Assembly (NCBI GenBank): GCA_965205975.1
Contig: OZ242195.1
Location: forward strand, 64,001 to 128,000
Source of the DNA: Candidatus Latescibacterota bacterium
GTDB lineage: Bacteria > Latescibacterota > UBA2968
Direction: 5' to 3'
DNA length: 64,000 nucleotides
The notes beneath the pieces are model-generated. The model did not search any database and was not told where the DNA came from. It saw nothing but the letters and a program-made list of their open reading frames with translations. This document shows, piece by piece, positions 43,250-52,200 of the stretch; position 1 is the first letter of the stretch, and the number at the start of each line of letters is the position of its first letter. A program made the position numbers and the translations under genes.

Positions 43250-45064
43250 ATGAACAGAAAATTGGGAACGCTTAAAGAATTGCTGAATGCACGCGTGGTT
43301 GATGAACTGAAGAAGTTGGCGCGGTTGTTGACGGGGGCGAAACTTCCCACGCGCAAGGCGGAGATTATCGCCGTTATTGTGCGCGAGATGATGGAGTACA
43401 CGCGCGATTATTGGGATATGCTGGATGACCTGCAGCAAAAATCCGTAGCAGAAGCACTTTATGCGCCGTGGTTTGACAAAGAGGGATTTGTTGCCAAATA
43501 TGGCGAGGATCCAGATTGGGGCGAGATGTCCTCCTGGTCCTCATATTCTAATGAGCCTTCGCTGCTCAACCTGTTTATTCTTAGTGGTGATAGCTATGAT
43601 TTTTCCCGTGGTCAAAAGGTCGTACCCGATGATTTGAAAGTCATCCTCAAAAAATTTGTGCCCAAACCGACGCCTGCAAAATTGGATGTGGAAACAGAAC
43701 GCCCGGAAATTGCAAAAATTATTCGCCATAATTTTTGGACGGAGAAAAATAGGGTTAAAAAGATTCCGCTTTATCACGCCGATACCGAGCAGACAGCACA
43801 GGAAGACCTGATGTCTGTATTGCGACTGATTGAGGCAGGCAAAGTGGGTCTGACGGAGAAGACCAGACGGCCAACAGCGGCCAGTCTTCGCGCGATTAGC
43901 GGTGTTCTTTGGGGTGGTGATTTTTATCCAGACCGCGAAAAGCGCAATGAATGGGAAGAATTGCCGGGACCGATTAAGGCACATGCCTGGCCGCTGCTCA
44001 TTCACACAGCAAACCTGGCACGGTTGCAGAGCGGCAAATTGCAGTTGACCTCCGCGGGGCGAAAGGCGTTGACCGCGCCCCTTCACGAGACCATTAAGGT
44101 GCTGTGGCAGGCGTGGCTCAAAAATGCAAAGACAGATGAAATGCAACGGGTAAGTGCCATTCGCGGGCAAACTGGACGGGGAAAACCGGGCATGACTTCT
44201 CCGGTAAAGCGGCGTGCAGTAATTGTCAAAGCACTCAGAGCATGCCCTATCGAAAAGTGGTTTGGTTTTGATGCCTTTTGCAATTTTATGCGTGCGGCGG
44301 GCTATTGGGTAATTGTGTCGGATGAGCCGTGGGAACTTTATATCGGCGATTATAGCTATGGGCATTTGTCCGACGATGACTGGGCTTTGCTGACGTCTCG
44401 CTATACGATGGTATTGCTTTTTGAATATGCCGCAACATTGGGGCTTGTAGATGTGGCCTATATCGATCCGGCGGATGCGCCCTTAGATGTAGGTTCCGCG
44501 CGAGATCTTGCGTTTTTGAGTCGCTATGATGGGTTGATGTATTTGCGTATCAATGCGTTGGGGGCTTTCTGTTTGGGGCGGAAGCGATCTTATACGTCTT
44601 CGGAAGTAGAGATTGAACAGGTACTCAAAGTGCTGCCCAATTTCGATGTGGTCGCATTCAAGCCCCTGCCGTCGGGCGATCAAATTGCGCTGGAACAATT
44701 CGCGGAGAAGACTGCTGACAACGTGTGGAAGATTCGGCCCGAACAGATGCTCAAAGGTCTGGAGAGCGGTCAATCGCTCGATCACATGCGGTCATTTTTG
44801 AAGCACAAAAGCGGCGAGGAGTTGCCACATCCTGTGGCCGTGCTTTTCGACGATATAGCCGATAAAGTACCGCGTTTGCGGGCGAAAGGCACAGCGCATT
44901 TGATTGAGGTGACAGATGTTGAGACCGCACAGTTTCTCGCGCATGATCGAGGTGTAAGCAAATACTGCTATCTGGCTGGTGATCGCCAACTTGTCGTGCC
45001 GGAAAAATCTCTGACAGCATTTCGCAACGCATTGAGAAAAGTTGGATATATATTGCCGAAGTAA
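43250..45064 (+). CDS. Helicase-associated (XPB N-terminal / Helicase_C_3-like) domain protein
   Basis: C-terminal LKVLPNFDVV...LEQFAE...WKI...FL...SGEELPHPV pattern; N-terminal RKAEII motif; no Walker motifs. Confidence 0.65.
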   Translation: MNRKLGTLKELLNARVVDELKKLARLLTGAKLPTRKAEIIAVIVREMMEYTRDYWDMLDDLQQKSVAEALYAPWFDKEGFVAKYGEDPDWGEMSSWSSYSNEPSLLNLFILSGDSYDFSRGQKVVPDDLKVILKKFVPKPTPAKLDVETERPEIAKIIRHNFWTEKNRVKKIPLYHADTEQTAQEDLMSVLRLIEAGKVGLTEKTRRPTAASLRAISGVLWGGDFYPDREKRNEWEELPGPIKAHAWPLLIHTANLARLQSGKLQLTSAGRKALTAPLHETIKVLWQAWLKNAKTDEMQRVSAIRGQTGRGKPGMTSPVKRRAVIVKALRACPIEKWFGFDAFCNFMRAAGYWVIVSDEPWELYIGDYSYGHLSDDDWALLTSRYTMVLLFEYAATLGLVDVAYIDPADAPLDVGSARDLAFLSRYDGLMYLRINALGAFCLGRKRSYTSSEVEIEQVLKVLPNFDVVAFKPLPSGDQIALEQFAEKTADNVWKIRPEQMLKGLESGQSLDHMRSFLKHKSGEELPHPVAVLFDDIADKVPRLRAKGTAHLIEVTDVETAQFLAHDRGVSKYCYLAGDRQLVVPEKSLTAFRNALRKVGYILPK

Positions 45065-45085
45065 AAATACATTGGAGAATGTGAT

Positions 45086-46123
45086 ATGAACACGACATTT
45101 CCAGGAGCAGAATGGGAGACGAGACCGCCCGGTGACTTGGGCTTTGACGAGGATAAACTCGCGCGGGTGCAGAGGTGGTTGCGCGAGGTGGCGGGTGACA
45201 AGCCCTTTCAGGTGGGGATTGCGCGTTATGGGTATCTTACGGCAGAGTGGCGGCAAGGTGTTGTGGCTGATTCTTCGCACTCACAGGCGTCTGCCGCTAA
45301 GTCGTATTATTCGACGCTTCTGGGTATTATAGTGGCCGAGGGGAAACTATCTTCGCCGGATGAGAGGGTCGTTGATTATTTTCCAGAGATGATGGATGTG
45401 GGCGAGCAGGAAGGCCCAAAACCCGGGCGGTATGCGTTTGAGAAAGATCGCGATATTACGTTTCGGCATTTGATATGCAATGTGTCGGGCTATATGAAAC
45501 CGGGGGAAAAACCGGGGGAGGTTTTTCACTATCAGACTTATGGGATGAATATTCTGACCCACGCAATGGCTAAAATTTACGGGTGTTACGATGCGAATGA
45601 TCCCGAGAATTCGCCGGGATGTGGGAAGGTGATCGAAGAAAAAGTGCGCGATCCAATTGGTGGGACCTGGACGCATTCGCATTCCAATTTCGATCTGTGG
45701 CCCAGTGCGCGGTTAAATATCTTTGGGTATTACACGCAGGTGCATACCACATTGCGAGATCAGTTGCGGGTGGGGCATTTGTGGGCAAATTACGGCAATT
45801 GGAATGGGGTTCAGGTTGCCCCCGAGAGTTATTTAAAAGAAGCAACCGTAACAAATGACTTTATTCTGGAAAACGAACCCGAGGAGAATTGGAAATACGG
45901 GCACGGATTCTGGTGCAATGATCGTGGGATGCAGTGGAAAGATGCACCGAGAGACTCTTTTGCTGCATCGGGTGCTGGTGCGAAGCATATCTGGATGTGT
46001 CCGCGGTTGGGTCTGGTTATCGCGCAAAATCCAGGGCTGTGGGATCAGTTCAGGGAAGAGCAGGATAAAATCGGGAGCCAGAATGAAGTGATTGCGCGAG
46101 TTGTGAATGCGGTAAAGGAATAG
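45086..46123 (+). CDS. Beta-lactamase-fold serine hydrolase (class C/NylB-like)
   Basis: SAAKS (SxxK), ITFRHL, PGEVFHY, YGHGFW, FAASG. Confidence 0.85.
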   Translation: MNTTFPGAEWETRPPGDLGFDEDKLARVQRWLREVAGDKPFQVGIARYGYLTAEWRQGVVADSSHSQASAAKSYYSTLLGIIVAEGKLSSPDERVVDYFPEMMDVGEQEGPKPGRYAFEKDRDITFRHLICNVSGYMKPGEKPGEVFHYQTYGMNILTHAMAKIYGCYDANDPENSPGCGKVIEEKVRDPIGGTWTHSHSNFDLWPSARLNIFGYYTQVHTTLRDQLRVGHLWANYGNWNGVQVAPESYLKEATVTNDFILENEPEENWKYGHGFWCNDRGMQWKDAPRDSFAASGAGAKHIWMCPRLGLVIAQNPGLWDQFREEQDKIGSQNEVIARVVNAVKE

Positions 46124-46136
46124 GGAGGAGCTAAAG

Positions 46137-47459
46137 ATGAATGCAAAAACCAAAAAATCGCAGGTGGATCAGGCTGTGAAATCGCAATCGCGGCGGGCGT
46201 TTAAGCTGTCGCGGAGTATTCACGGCTGGGCAGAGCGGCCGTTTCGGGAATACGAGTCGTCAAAGGCATTGGCGGCGTATTTGGAGGAGAACGGATTTCA
46301 AATTGAATTTCCGTGGAAAAATATCCCGACGGCTTTTCGCGCCACCTGGGGCACGGGCAAACCCACTATTGGTATGTTGGGGGAGTACGACGCATTGCCC
46401 AATTGCGGTGCCGAGGAGGGCACCTGGGGCCACGGCTGAGGTCATAATCTTTTGGGCGTTGCCCCGGCCGCAGGTGCGGTTGCTGCAAAGGCAGTATTGG
46501 AAAATTTGAAATCGTCCGGTCAGATCATTTATTACGGCTGCCCGGCTGAAGAGACGCTGGCGGGCAAGGTGTATATGGCCCGCGATGGCGCGTTTCGAGA
46601 TTTGGATGCGGTGCTGGCATGGCATCCGGGATCGAGTACGGGTGTTAGCAATTATGGCGGTTCGTCACTGGATTCGCTGGTGTATGAGTTTTTTGGCAAG
46701 ACGTCTCACGGCGCGAGTGCCCACAATGGGCGCAGTGCATTGGATGGGGTGATGTTGATGGATGTTGCGGCGAATTATTTGCGCGAACACGTTCCCGAAA
46801 ATGTGCGTATCCACTGCGTGATACGAGATGGTGGGGATGCGCCCAATGTGGTTCCGGCTTATGCAAAGGTGTGGTATTATGTGCGGGGGAAGGATCGTGA
46901 ACAGGTGAATAAAATACGCAAGCGATTGACCAAATGCGCCAAAGGTGCGGCAATGGCTACGGAAACGACTATGAAATGGCATCGTATCACGGCTGTGTAC
47001 CCGCGTTTGCCCAATGATGTGATGTGCGAAACTGTGCGTCAAAATCTCGAATTATTCGGTCCACCTCGTGCGTCAAAAAAAGATAAGGAACGCGTAAAGG
47101 AATTGGGATATAAAGGTGAATTTGACGGGAAGATCAAAAAGGGGAAGGGTTCACAGGGACGCGGGTCTTCAGATGAAGACAATGTGTCGTGGCTGGCACC
47201 GATGGGTCGGTTTCAGATGGTGTGTTATACAAAGGGCACGCCGGGTCATCACCGCGATATGACCGCACAAGCAATAATGCCTTATGCCGAGCGCGCGGTT
47301 TTGCAAACGGCCAAGGTGTTTGCGGGATCGGCTATTGATCTGATTTTGGACAAAAAGGTGTTGCAAGCAGCGCGTGCGGAATTTGTGAAGGGAACGAAGG
47401 GGTTTGAGTACGATCCGCTGATTCCGAAACGTCAGAAGGTCCCCGTGGATCCTCCATAG
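46137..47459 (+). CDS. M20D/AbgB-like amidohydrolase with in-frame TGA at codon 101 (candidate selenocysteine)
   Basis: ORFs 46137-46439 and 46452-47459 are in one frame; junction reads GEYDALP...WGHG-TGA-GHNLLG; downstream GCPAEE, AWHP, GRSALD, PNVVP intact. Confidence 0.85.
46456..46492 (+). promoter_or_regulatory. Candidate bacterial SECIS hairpin
   Basis: Upper stem CGGCCGC/GCGGTTG (46465-71/46476-82) with loop AGGT 32 nt after the TGA; lower stem TTGC/GCAA. Confidence 0.6.
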
Positions 47460-47472
47460 AAGGAGAAAAGAT

Positions 47473-48465
47473 TTGAAAGCACAAAGATTAATATGCACAG
47501 ATGTCCGGCGGATTGAATTGGAGGACTTTGATTTGTCGCGTGTGCCAGATAATGGCATTTTGGTGCAGAATGATTATACCGCCATGAGCGTTGGTACGGA
47601 AATCTACAATTATGCTTATGGCGGTGAACCGTCGCGTGCGAGGACATTTCCTCGGCCAACGGGGTATTGCAATACGGGTGTGGTGCTCGAGGTGGGCAAA
47701 GATGTGAAGGGGGTGGAACCCGGTGATCGCATTGCCGCGCAGGGCAATCACGCCAGTCATGCGGTCATGAGTGGGAATTTTTTTAGAGTGCCCGAAGGTG
47801 TTTCGCCCAGGTCTGCTGCTTTTATGGTTATGTGTGCTATTGCCATGCACGGGCATCGGGTTGGATGTCCGGAATTGGGTGAGGTTGTTGCAATTACTGG
47901 GATGGGTATTGTAGGCCAGTTGACAGCGACCTTTGCGCGGTTGGCTGGCGCGCTCCCGGTTATTGCGATTGATCTGGATGATTTTCGGTTGGGTAAAGCG
48001 AGAGACAGGGGCGCAGATGTTTGTGTCAATCCCGGTACTGCAGGGGATGTCGCCGAAGCCGTGCGCGAGCATTGCGTGGGCGATGGTGTCGATCTGGTTA
48101 TTGAAGCGACGGGTATTCCCGCAGTTTATCCCCTGGCGTTGACTTTGCCTCGATTGGGTGGCCGTCTGGTCGCGCTGGGGTCTCCGCGCGGTACTGTGGA
48201 GGTGAGTTTTTTGCCCGAGGTTCACTTGCGGGAGATTACTATTCTGGGCGCGCATCAGCCCAAGACGCCGGATGATGACCATATTTATTATCCGTGGAGC
48301 AAGCGCAGAGATCGCGAACTGATTTTGCGTTTGATGGCCGCGGGCAAGTTGCCCATTGAGGATCTGATTACCCATGTCGCCAATCCCGCCGATTGCCAGA
48401 CTACCTACGACATGCTCGCCGATGATCCGAGAGAAGTGCTGGGTGTGGTATTTGAGTGGACTTGA
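47473..48465 (+). CDS. MDR-family (zinc-binding-type) alcohol dehydrogenase
   Basis: TTG start after AGGAG; SVGTE, GYCNTGVV.EVG, GMGIVG, IEATG. Confidence 0.88.
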   Translation: MKAQRLICTDVRRIELEDFDLSRVPDNGILVQNDYTAMSVGTEIYNYAYGGEPSRARTFPRPTGYCNTGVVLEVGKDVKGVEPGDRIAAQGNHASHAVMSGNFFRVPEGVSPRSAAFMVMCAIAMHGHRVGCPELGEVVAITGMGIVGQLTATFARLAGALPVIAIDLDDFRLGKARDRGADVCVNPGTAGDVAEAVREHCVGDGVDLVIEATGIPAVYPLALTLPRLGGRLVALGSPRGTVEVSFLPEVHLREITILGAHQPKTPDDDHIYYPWSKRRDRELILRLMAAGKLPIEDLITHVANPADCQTTYDMLADDPREVLGVVFEWT

Positions 48466-48514
48466 TTCCGCTGGAAAAATAAATCCCCCATCAGACCTGT
48501 CGAGGAGATCGAAT

Positions 48515-49351
48515 ATGAGACGCCACTTTTTTAAAAATTACAAGTACGGCCCCCATGAGCGGAACGTATTTGATTTTTATCCGGCACAATCAGACGAACC
48601 CACCCCTGTTGCAGTGTATATTCACGGCGGCGGTTTCAGAAATGGCAGCAAGGATGGGATTGGTAATGAGACATTGAAAGCTTTATTAGATTCGGGCATT
48701 TCTGTCGCGGCTTTTAACTATCGTTATGTCCAGCAGGCTCCTTTGCCTGCTGCGCACTACGATTGCCGACGAGCGCTTCAGCTTCTGCGTTCCAAAGCCA
48801 CCGAATGGAACATCGATAAAAATCGGATCGGTGCATTTGGCGGATCGGCTGGGGCACAAATTTGCATGTATCTTGCTTTTCACGAAGACATGGCTCGTCC
48901 AGACAGCGACGATCCAATCGAACGCGAATCTACCAGACTTCAGGCCGTGGCCACTTCTGGCGGGCAGACCACGATGGACGTTGCCTGGTGGAAGCAGAAT
49001 ATTCCCGGGTACGCCGAATCCCATCGAGATTTTTATCAGACATTGGGCGCAACGACCCAGGAAGAATACCAGAATCGCGTAAGCGAGATTTCGGCACTTG
49101 ATTTGGTATCAAAGGACGATCCCGCTATTTATATGAGCTATAGAATGTCACCGGAAGACCCTGTGCCAGAAGGCCAGACTGCTCGTGGTTGGAAAGTGCA
49201 TCACGTGCAGTTTGGTGTTGCTTTAAAAGAAAAAATGACAGCGCTTGGTATAGAATCTGATCTGGTTTATCCAGGTTCAAAAAATAAATATCAAAGCAAT
49301 GTTGACTACTTTATCTCAATGCTGAAAAATAGGAGCCAAACCACAAAATGA
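48515..49351 (+). CDS. Alpha/beta hydrolase (HSL/BD-FAE-like esterase)
   Basis: GAGGAG RBS; IHGGGF, NYR, GGSAG, VHH. Confidence 0.88.
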   Translation: MRRHFFKNYKYGPHERNVFDFYPAQSDEPTPVAVYIHGGGFRNGSKDGIGNETLKALLDSGISVAAFNYRYVQQAPLPAAHYDCRRALQLLRSKATEWNIDKNRIGAFGGSAGAQICMYLAFHEDMARPDSDDPIERESTRLQAVATSGGQTTMDVAWWKQNIPGYAESHRDFYQTLGATTQEEYQNRVSEISALDLVSKDDPAIYMSYRMSPEDPVPEGQTARGWKVHHVQFGVALKEKMTALGIESDLVYPGSKNKYQSNVDYFISMLKNRSQTTK

Positions 49352-49449
49352 GGTTGAGTCGAGAAACCAGTAAGTAAACGCCAGCTAAACAGCACTCGGA
49401 TTGAGCTCGTGCAATTGCCGGACGCTATATCGTGCAATGGCAAGGCCCC

Positions 49450-49497
49450 GCCGATAATCCCAAAGAAGCACTGGGGGTGGTCTTTGAATGGGTATGA
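49450..49497 (+). pseudogene. Diverged duplicate of the 3' end of the MDR gene
   Basis: Encodes ADNPKEALGVVFEWV* vs ADDPREVLGVVFEWT* at 48418-48465 (37/48 nt, counted by hand). Confidence 0.85.
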
Positions 49498-49515
49498 TCA
49501 TAGTTGCTAAAATAA

Positions 49516-49550
49516 AATCCCCGTCAGATGTGTTGTGACGGGGATTCTTA
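49516..49550. terminator. Terminator-like hairpin
   Basis: 11-bp stem AATCCCCGTCA/TGACGGGGATT. Confidence 0.8.
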
Positions 49551-49653
49551 ACTTATGGTGACTACCGGCTATCGCCGTTTGTTAAGTGAATTTGATATAC
49601 ACGCACTGCTTAGAACGCTCCAAAATTACAGAACCTCCATGACTTGCTACACG

Positions 49654-50340
49654 TCAGATACTCCCGAAATTTTTGTTGGCAACGGATGGTAGTTTGACGC
49701 CATTTCGCTTGATAATCGCAAGAATAATCCTGCTACAGAGCTTCATGGCGTCATTTGCAAGTGAATTGACCTCCTGCTCTGTTAGCTGCTTGCTGCCATG
49801 AAATAAACCACTGCGGAGGCTATAGAGTTCGTCCCATTCTTTTTGCAAATGACTGAGGCCATTGCGGCAGAGCACACGTTTCACGCCTTGTCGTACTCCA
49901 ATCCAATGCATACGATGAAGTGCTTCTGCAACTTCCAAGCTTTTACGATCTCCACCAGCCTGATTGGTAATCTCTGCGACGAGCTTCTTTATTAAATCAC
50001 GCTGCTTATCACTCCAATTCTCATCTTGGGCGACCATCTCGGTAGCTGAAAAAGCGAGTACAATTCTGGCAAGTGGCTGAGGATTAATGTGAGCAAGACT
50101 CAGGAGCCGCACGGGGAGAGTGACTTTGGATTCTATGATTGACGGTTGCTCAGCCAGTAAGCGCATGGCATTGAGGAATTGAGTCGGATCTGATGTAACT
50201 GTTCCCCCCGCCTTTATATGTATAAACACTGTATTTTCATCATCTGGTAGAATTGAGAGACCATGCACATCGGGTCCGTACCGCTGGTGGGGTGCCAGCC
50301 ACCCCTCTGATCGCCACAACTCTTCATTGATCTGGCTCAA
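49654..50340 (-). pseudogene. Probably 5'-truncated HEPN (ApeA-like) domain protein
   Basis: C-terminal LYSLRSGLFHG (Rx4H); TTG start without clear RBS abutting a repeat at 50361. Confidence 0.55.
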
Positions 50341-50400
50341 GACCTTGGCCTCTGTGGTTCTGACGGGGATTGTTACTTATGCCCGAAAATGTCAATCTCA

Positions 50401-51075
50401 TTATGTTGATGCACTACGAGGTAGATTATAAGGAATCCACTCCCATACCGATTGCCCGTTGTACAATACTCTTATGCCACCGAGCCTGGACAAGTCCGCT
50501 CTCGGCTTGTCGGTGATCCACTCGGATACGAAAGGGTATAACTCTCCGTAGAGTTTCTTAAAATCAGAGGTGACAGAGTGCGGTAATTTAACGCAGTCAG
50601 TGCTTACATCTGAACCAAATTCCTTCCACAGTCGTCGTTTACTTTCTGCGCTGAGTTCAAAATACCGATATTCTTCATCCTGTGTTTCAACAATCTCAAG
50701 AGGTGGCGTCTGTGATATATTTCGATCTAGTAACTCTTTACGCACAGGATTTGCAAAGTCATTCTCCTGATACTGCATCTCACAGTAAGGTTGGACAAAG
50801 ATAGTACAGCGAGCAACGACAGTGCTTCCGCGTGTGAGCTTGAACGGCTTGAGAGGAGGAAGTTCCGCAAAGGGAGCTTTGGGAGACAGGAATGAAATCC
50901 ATGCCCAGGCTATCCCATCCTCATTCGGTGAGTTCCAGAGCTCCGCACGCATTGACCAGGGGACCGCGTCTTTATTGCTATCGTTCAGATGTGCCTCAGC
51001 AGTTAGAACCGTCTTCGGCCAGATGTCTTGTAGTTCTGGAGAAAAACGTATCTTCGCAACGAGCTCTTGTTTCAT
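50401..51075 (-). CDS. Hypothetical protein; N-terminal EF-Tu domain-3-like barrel, putative immunity/antitoxin
   Basis: ATGA-coupled to upstream ORF, GAGGTG RBS; WISFLSPKAP...FKLTRGSTVVARCTI. Confidence 0.65.
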   Translation of the reverse strand: MKQELVAKIRFSPELQDIWPKTVLTAEAHLNDSNKDAVPWSMRAELWNSPNEDGIAWAWISFLSPKAPFAELPPLKPFKLTRGSTVVARCTIFVQPYCEMQYQENDFANPVRKELLDRNISQTPPLEIVETQDEEYRYFELSAESKRRLWKEFGSDVSTDCVKLPHSVTSDFKKLYGELYPFVSEWITDKPRADLSRLGGIRVLYNGQSVWEWIPYNLPRSAST

Positions 51076-51443
51076 AGATTCACCTCAGATATTTTCGCGC
51101 TTTCTAATTGGTCAAAACTAGCAAAATAGCAGGCTCCAATGCCATCAATTTCACCTACAAAGTCTATTTCTTCTGCAATGATTGCAGACAAGCGTACTTC
51201 TAAGACAAAACCTATCTTATTTTCCCAACCTTCATTGACTATTCGCTGTCCCCATTTTAGTGCCAGTTCTGACGTGGTGGTGAGGTGCTTGCCATCGGTC
51301 ATGCCTTCCATTGGTTTAAGACGATGAGATGCTCTTACACTTTCAAGCTCTGCTTTGCTGACTCGCCGAAAGAATACTGCTTCATTTCTGTCAATTCGAT
51401 AGCTGGATGGTGGATTATTAGGTGCTGGCCGCTTCAGGGACAT
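51072..51443 (-). CDS. Hypothetical protein resembling RHS C-terminal toxin domains (ART-like)
   Basis: FRRVSKAELESV...GKHLTTT.ELA.KWG...VLEV...IDGIG pattern. Confidence 0.55.
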   Translation of the reverse strand: MSLKRPAPNNPPSSYRIDRNEAVFFRRVSKAELESVRASHRLKPMEGMTDGKHLTTTSELALKWGQRIVNEGWENKIGFVLEVRLSAIIAEEIDFVGEIDGIGACYFASFDQLESAKISEVNL

Positions 51444-51668
51444 GAGGGCGAGTCGTGAAAAATTGTCTTAGGATTAAATTCAGCGTATCTCATCGTAGCC
51501 TGTGGAAAAATATATCCATATAGAGCTAATAAGTCCAGTAGGGATTTGAGGATTAGACTGACGCAATCTGCTACATGGCTTTTTTCTTTGACAAGTTGCT
51601 TTTGAGGCGCAATTATAGGGGTTGTAAAAATGCAGATTCAATGTTTAAAGATATTTACGAGGTGATTA

Positions 51669-52166
51669 ATGGATTTCAAAACCACTGATTTGTGCGATGA
51701 ACACGAAACCGATCCGGCACTTCAAGTTTCTGAGCCGATATTTAATGACTATGGCGGTGTTACGGCATTTTGCGGTCCCATAGCTACGGTTAAAGTTAGC
51801 GAAGACAATGTGCTGGTGCGCGAGATACTCGAAACACCGGGGAAGGGGCGCGTGCTCGTCGTCGATGGCGAGGGTTCGACGTGGTGTGCGCTTTTGGGGG
51901 ATATGGTCGCTGAAATCGCCAGTGACAACGGCTGGTCGGGGATTGTCATAAATGGCGCTGTGCGCGATGTGTCTGAACTTGCACAAATTGAAATAGGCGT
52001 CAAAGCGCGTTTTGCTGTGCCGCGCCGCAGCCGAAAAGAAGGCAAGGGACGACAGAATACGCCTCTTGCTTTTGCCGGCGTTACCTTTCTTCCGGGCGAT
52101 TATCTCTACGCCGATGAAGACGGTATTTTGATCGCTACGAGAGATTTATTAGACGCGCAGGTTTGA
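51669..52166 (+). CDS. rraA: RraA-family protein (ribonuclease E activity regulator / HMG aldolase-like)
   Basis: TTDLCD, FCGPIATVKVSEDN, VLVVDG, ALLGD, GAVRD, YADEDG. Confidence 0.92.
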   Translation: MDFKTTDLCDEHETDPALQVSEPIFNDYGGVTAFCGPIATVKVSEDNVLVREILETPGKGRVLVVDGEGSTWCALLGDMVAEIASDNGWSGIVINGAVRDVSELAQIEIGVKARFAVPRRSRKEGKGRQNTPLAFAGVTFLPGDYLYADEDGILIATRDLLDAQV

Positions 52167-52200
52167 CCTGCAATACAACCTTATATTATGGAGATAAACT

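Noticed and set aside
46437..46439. Genome-wide UGA reassignment (Trp/Gly) as explanation of the in-frame TGA
   Set aside because: TGA terminates many intact genes here (parC, smc, MTase, MDR), TGG is used for Trp, and the aligned residue is Cys
46137..47459. Two separate genes (100 aa and 335 aa) as in the ORF track
   Set aside because: The split falls inside the metal-binding motif, both parts are in frame and the second has only a TTG with no RBS. A nonsense pseudogene remains possible but is less favoured given codon position and hairpin
48418..51540. Integron cassette array or prophage
   Set aside because: No integrase, no clear attC R-box (RYYYAAC...GTTRRRY) structure, no phage genes
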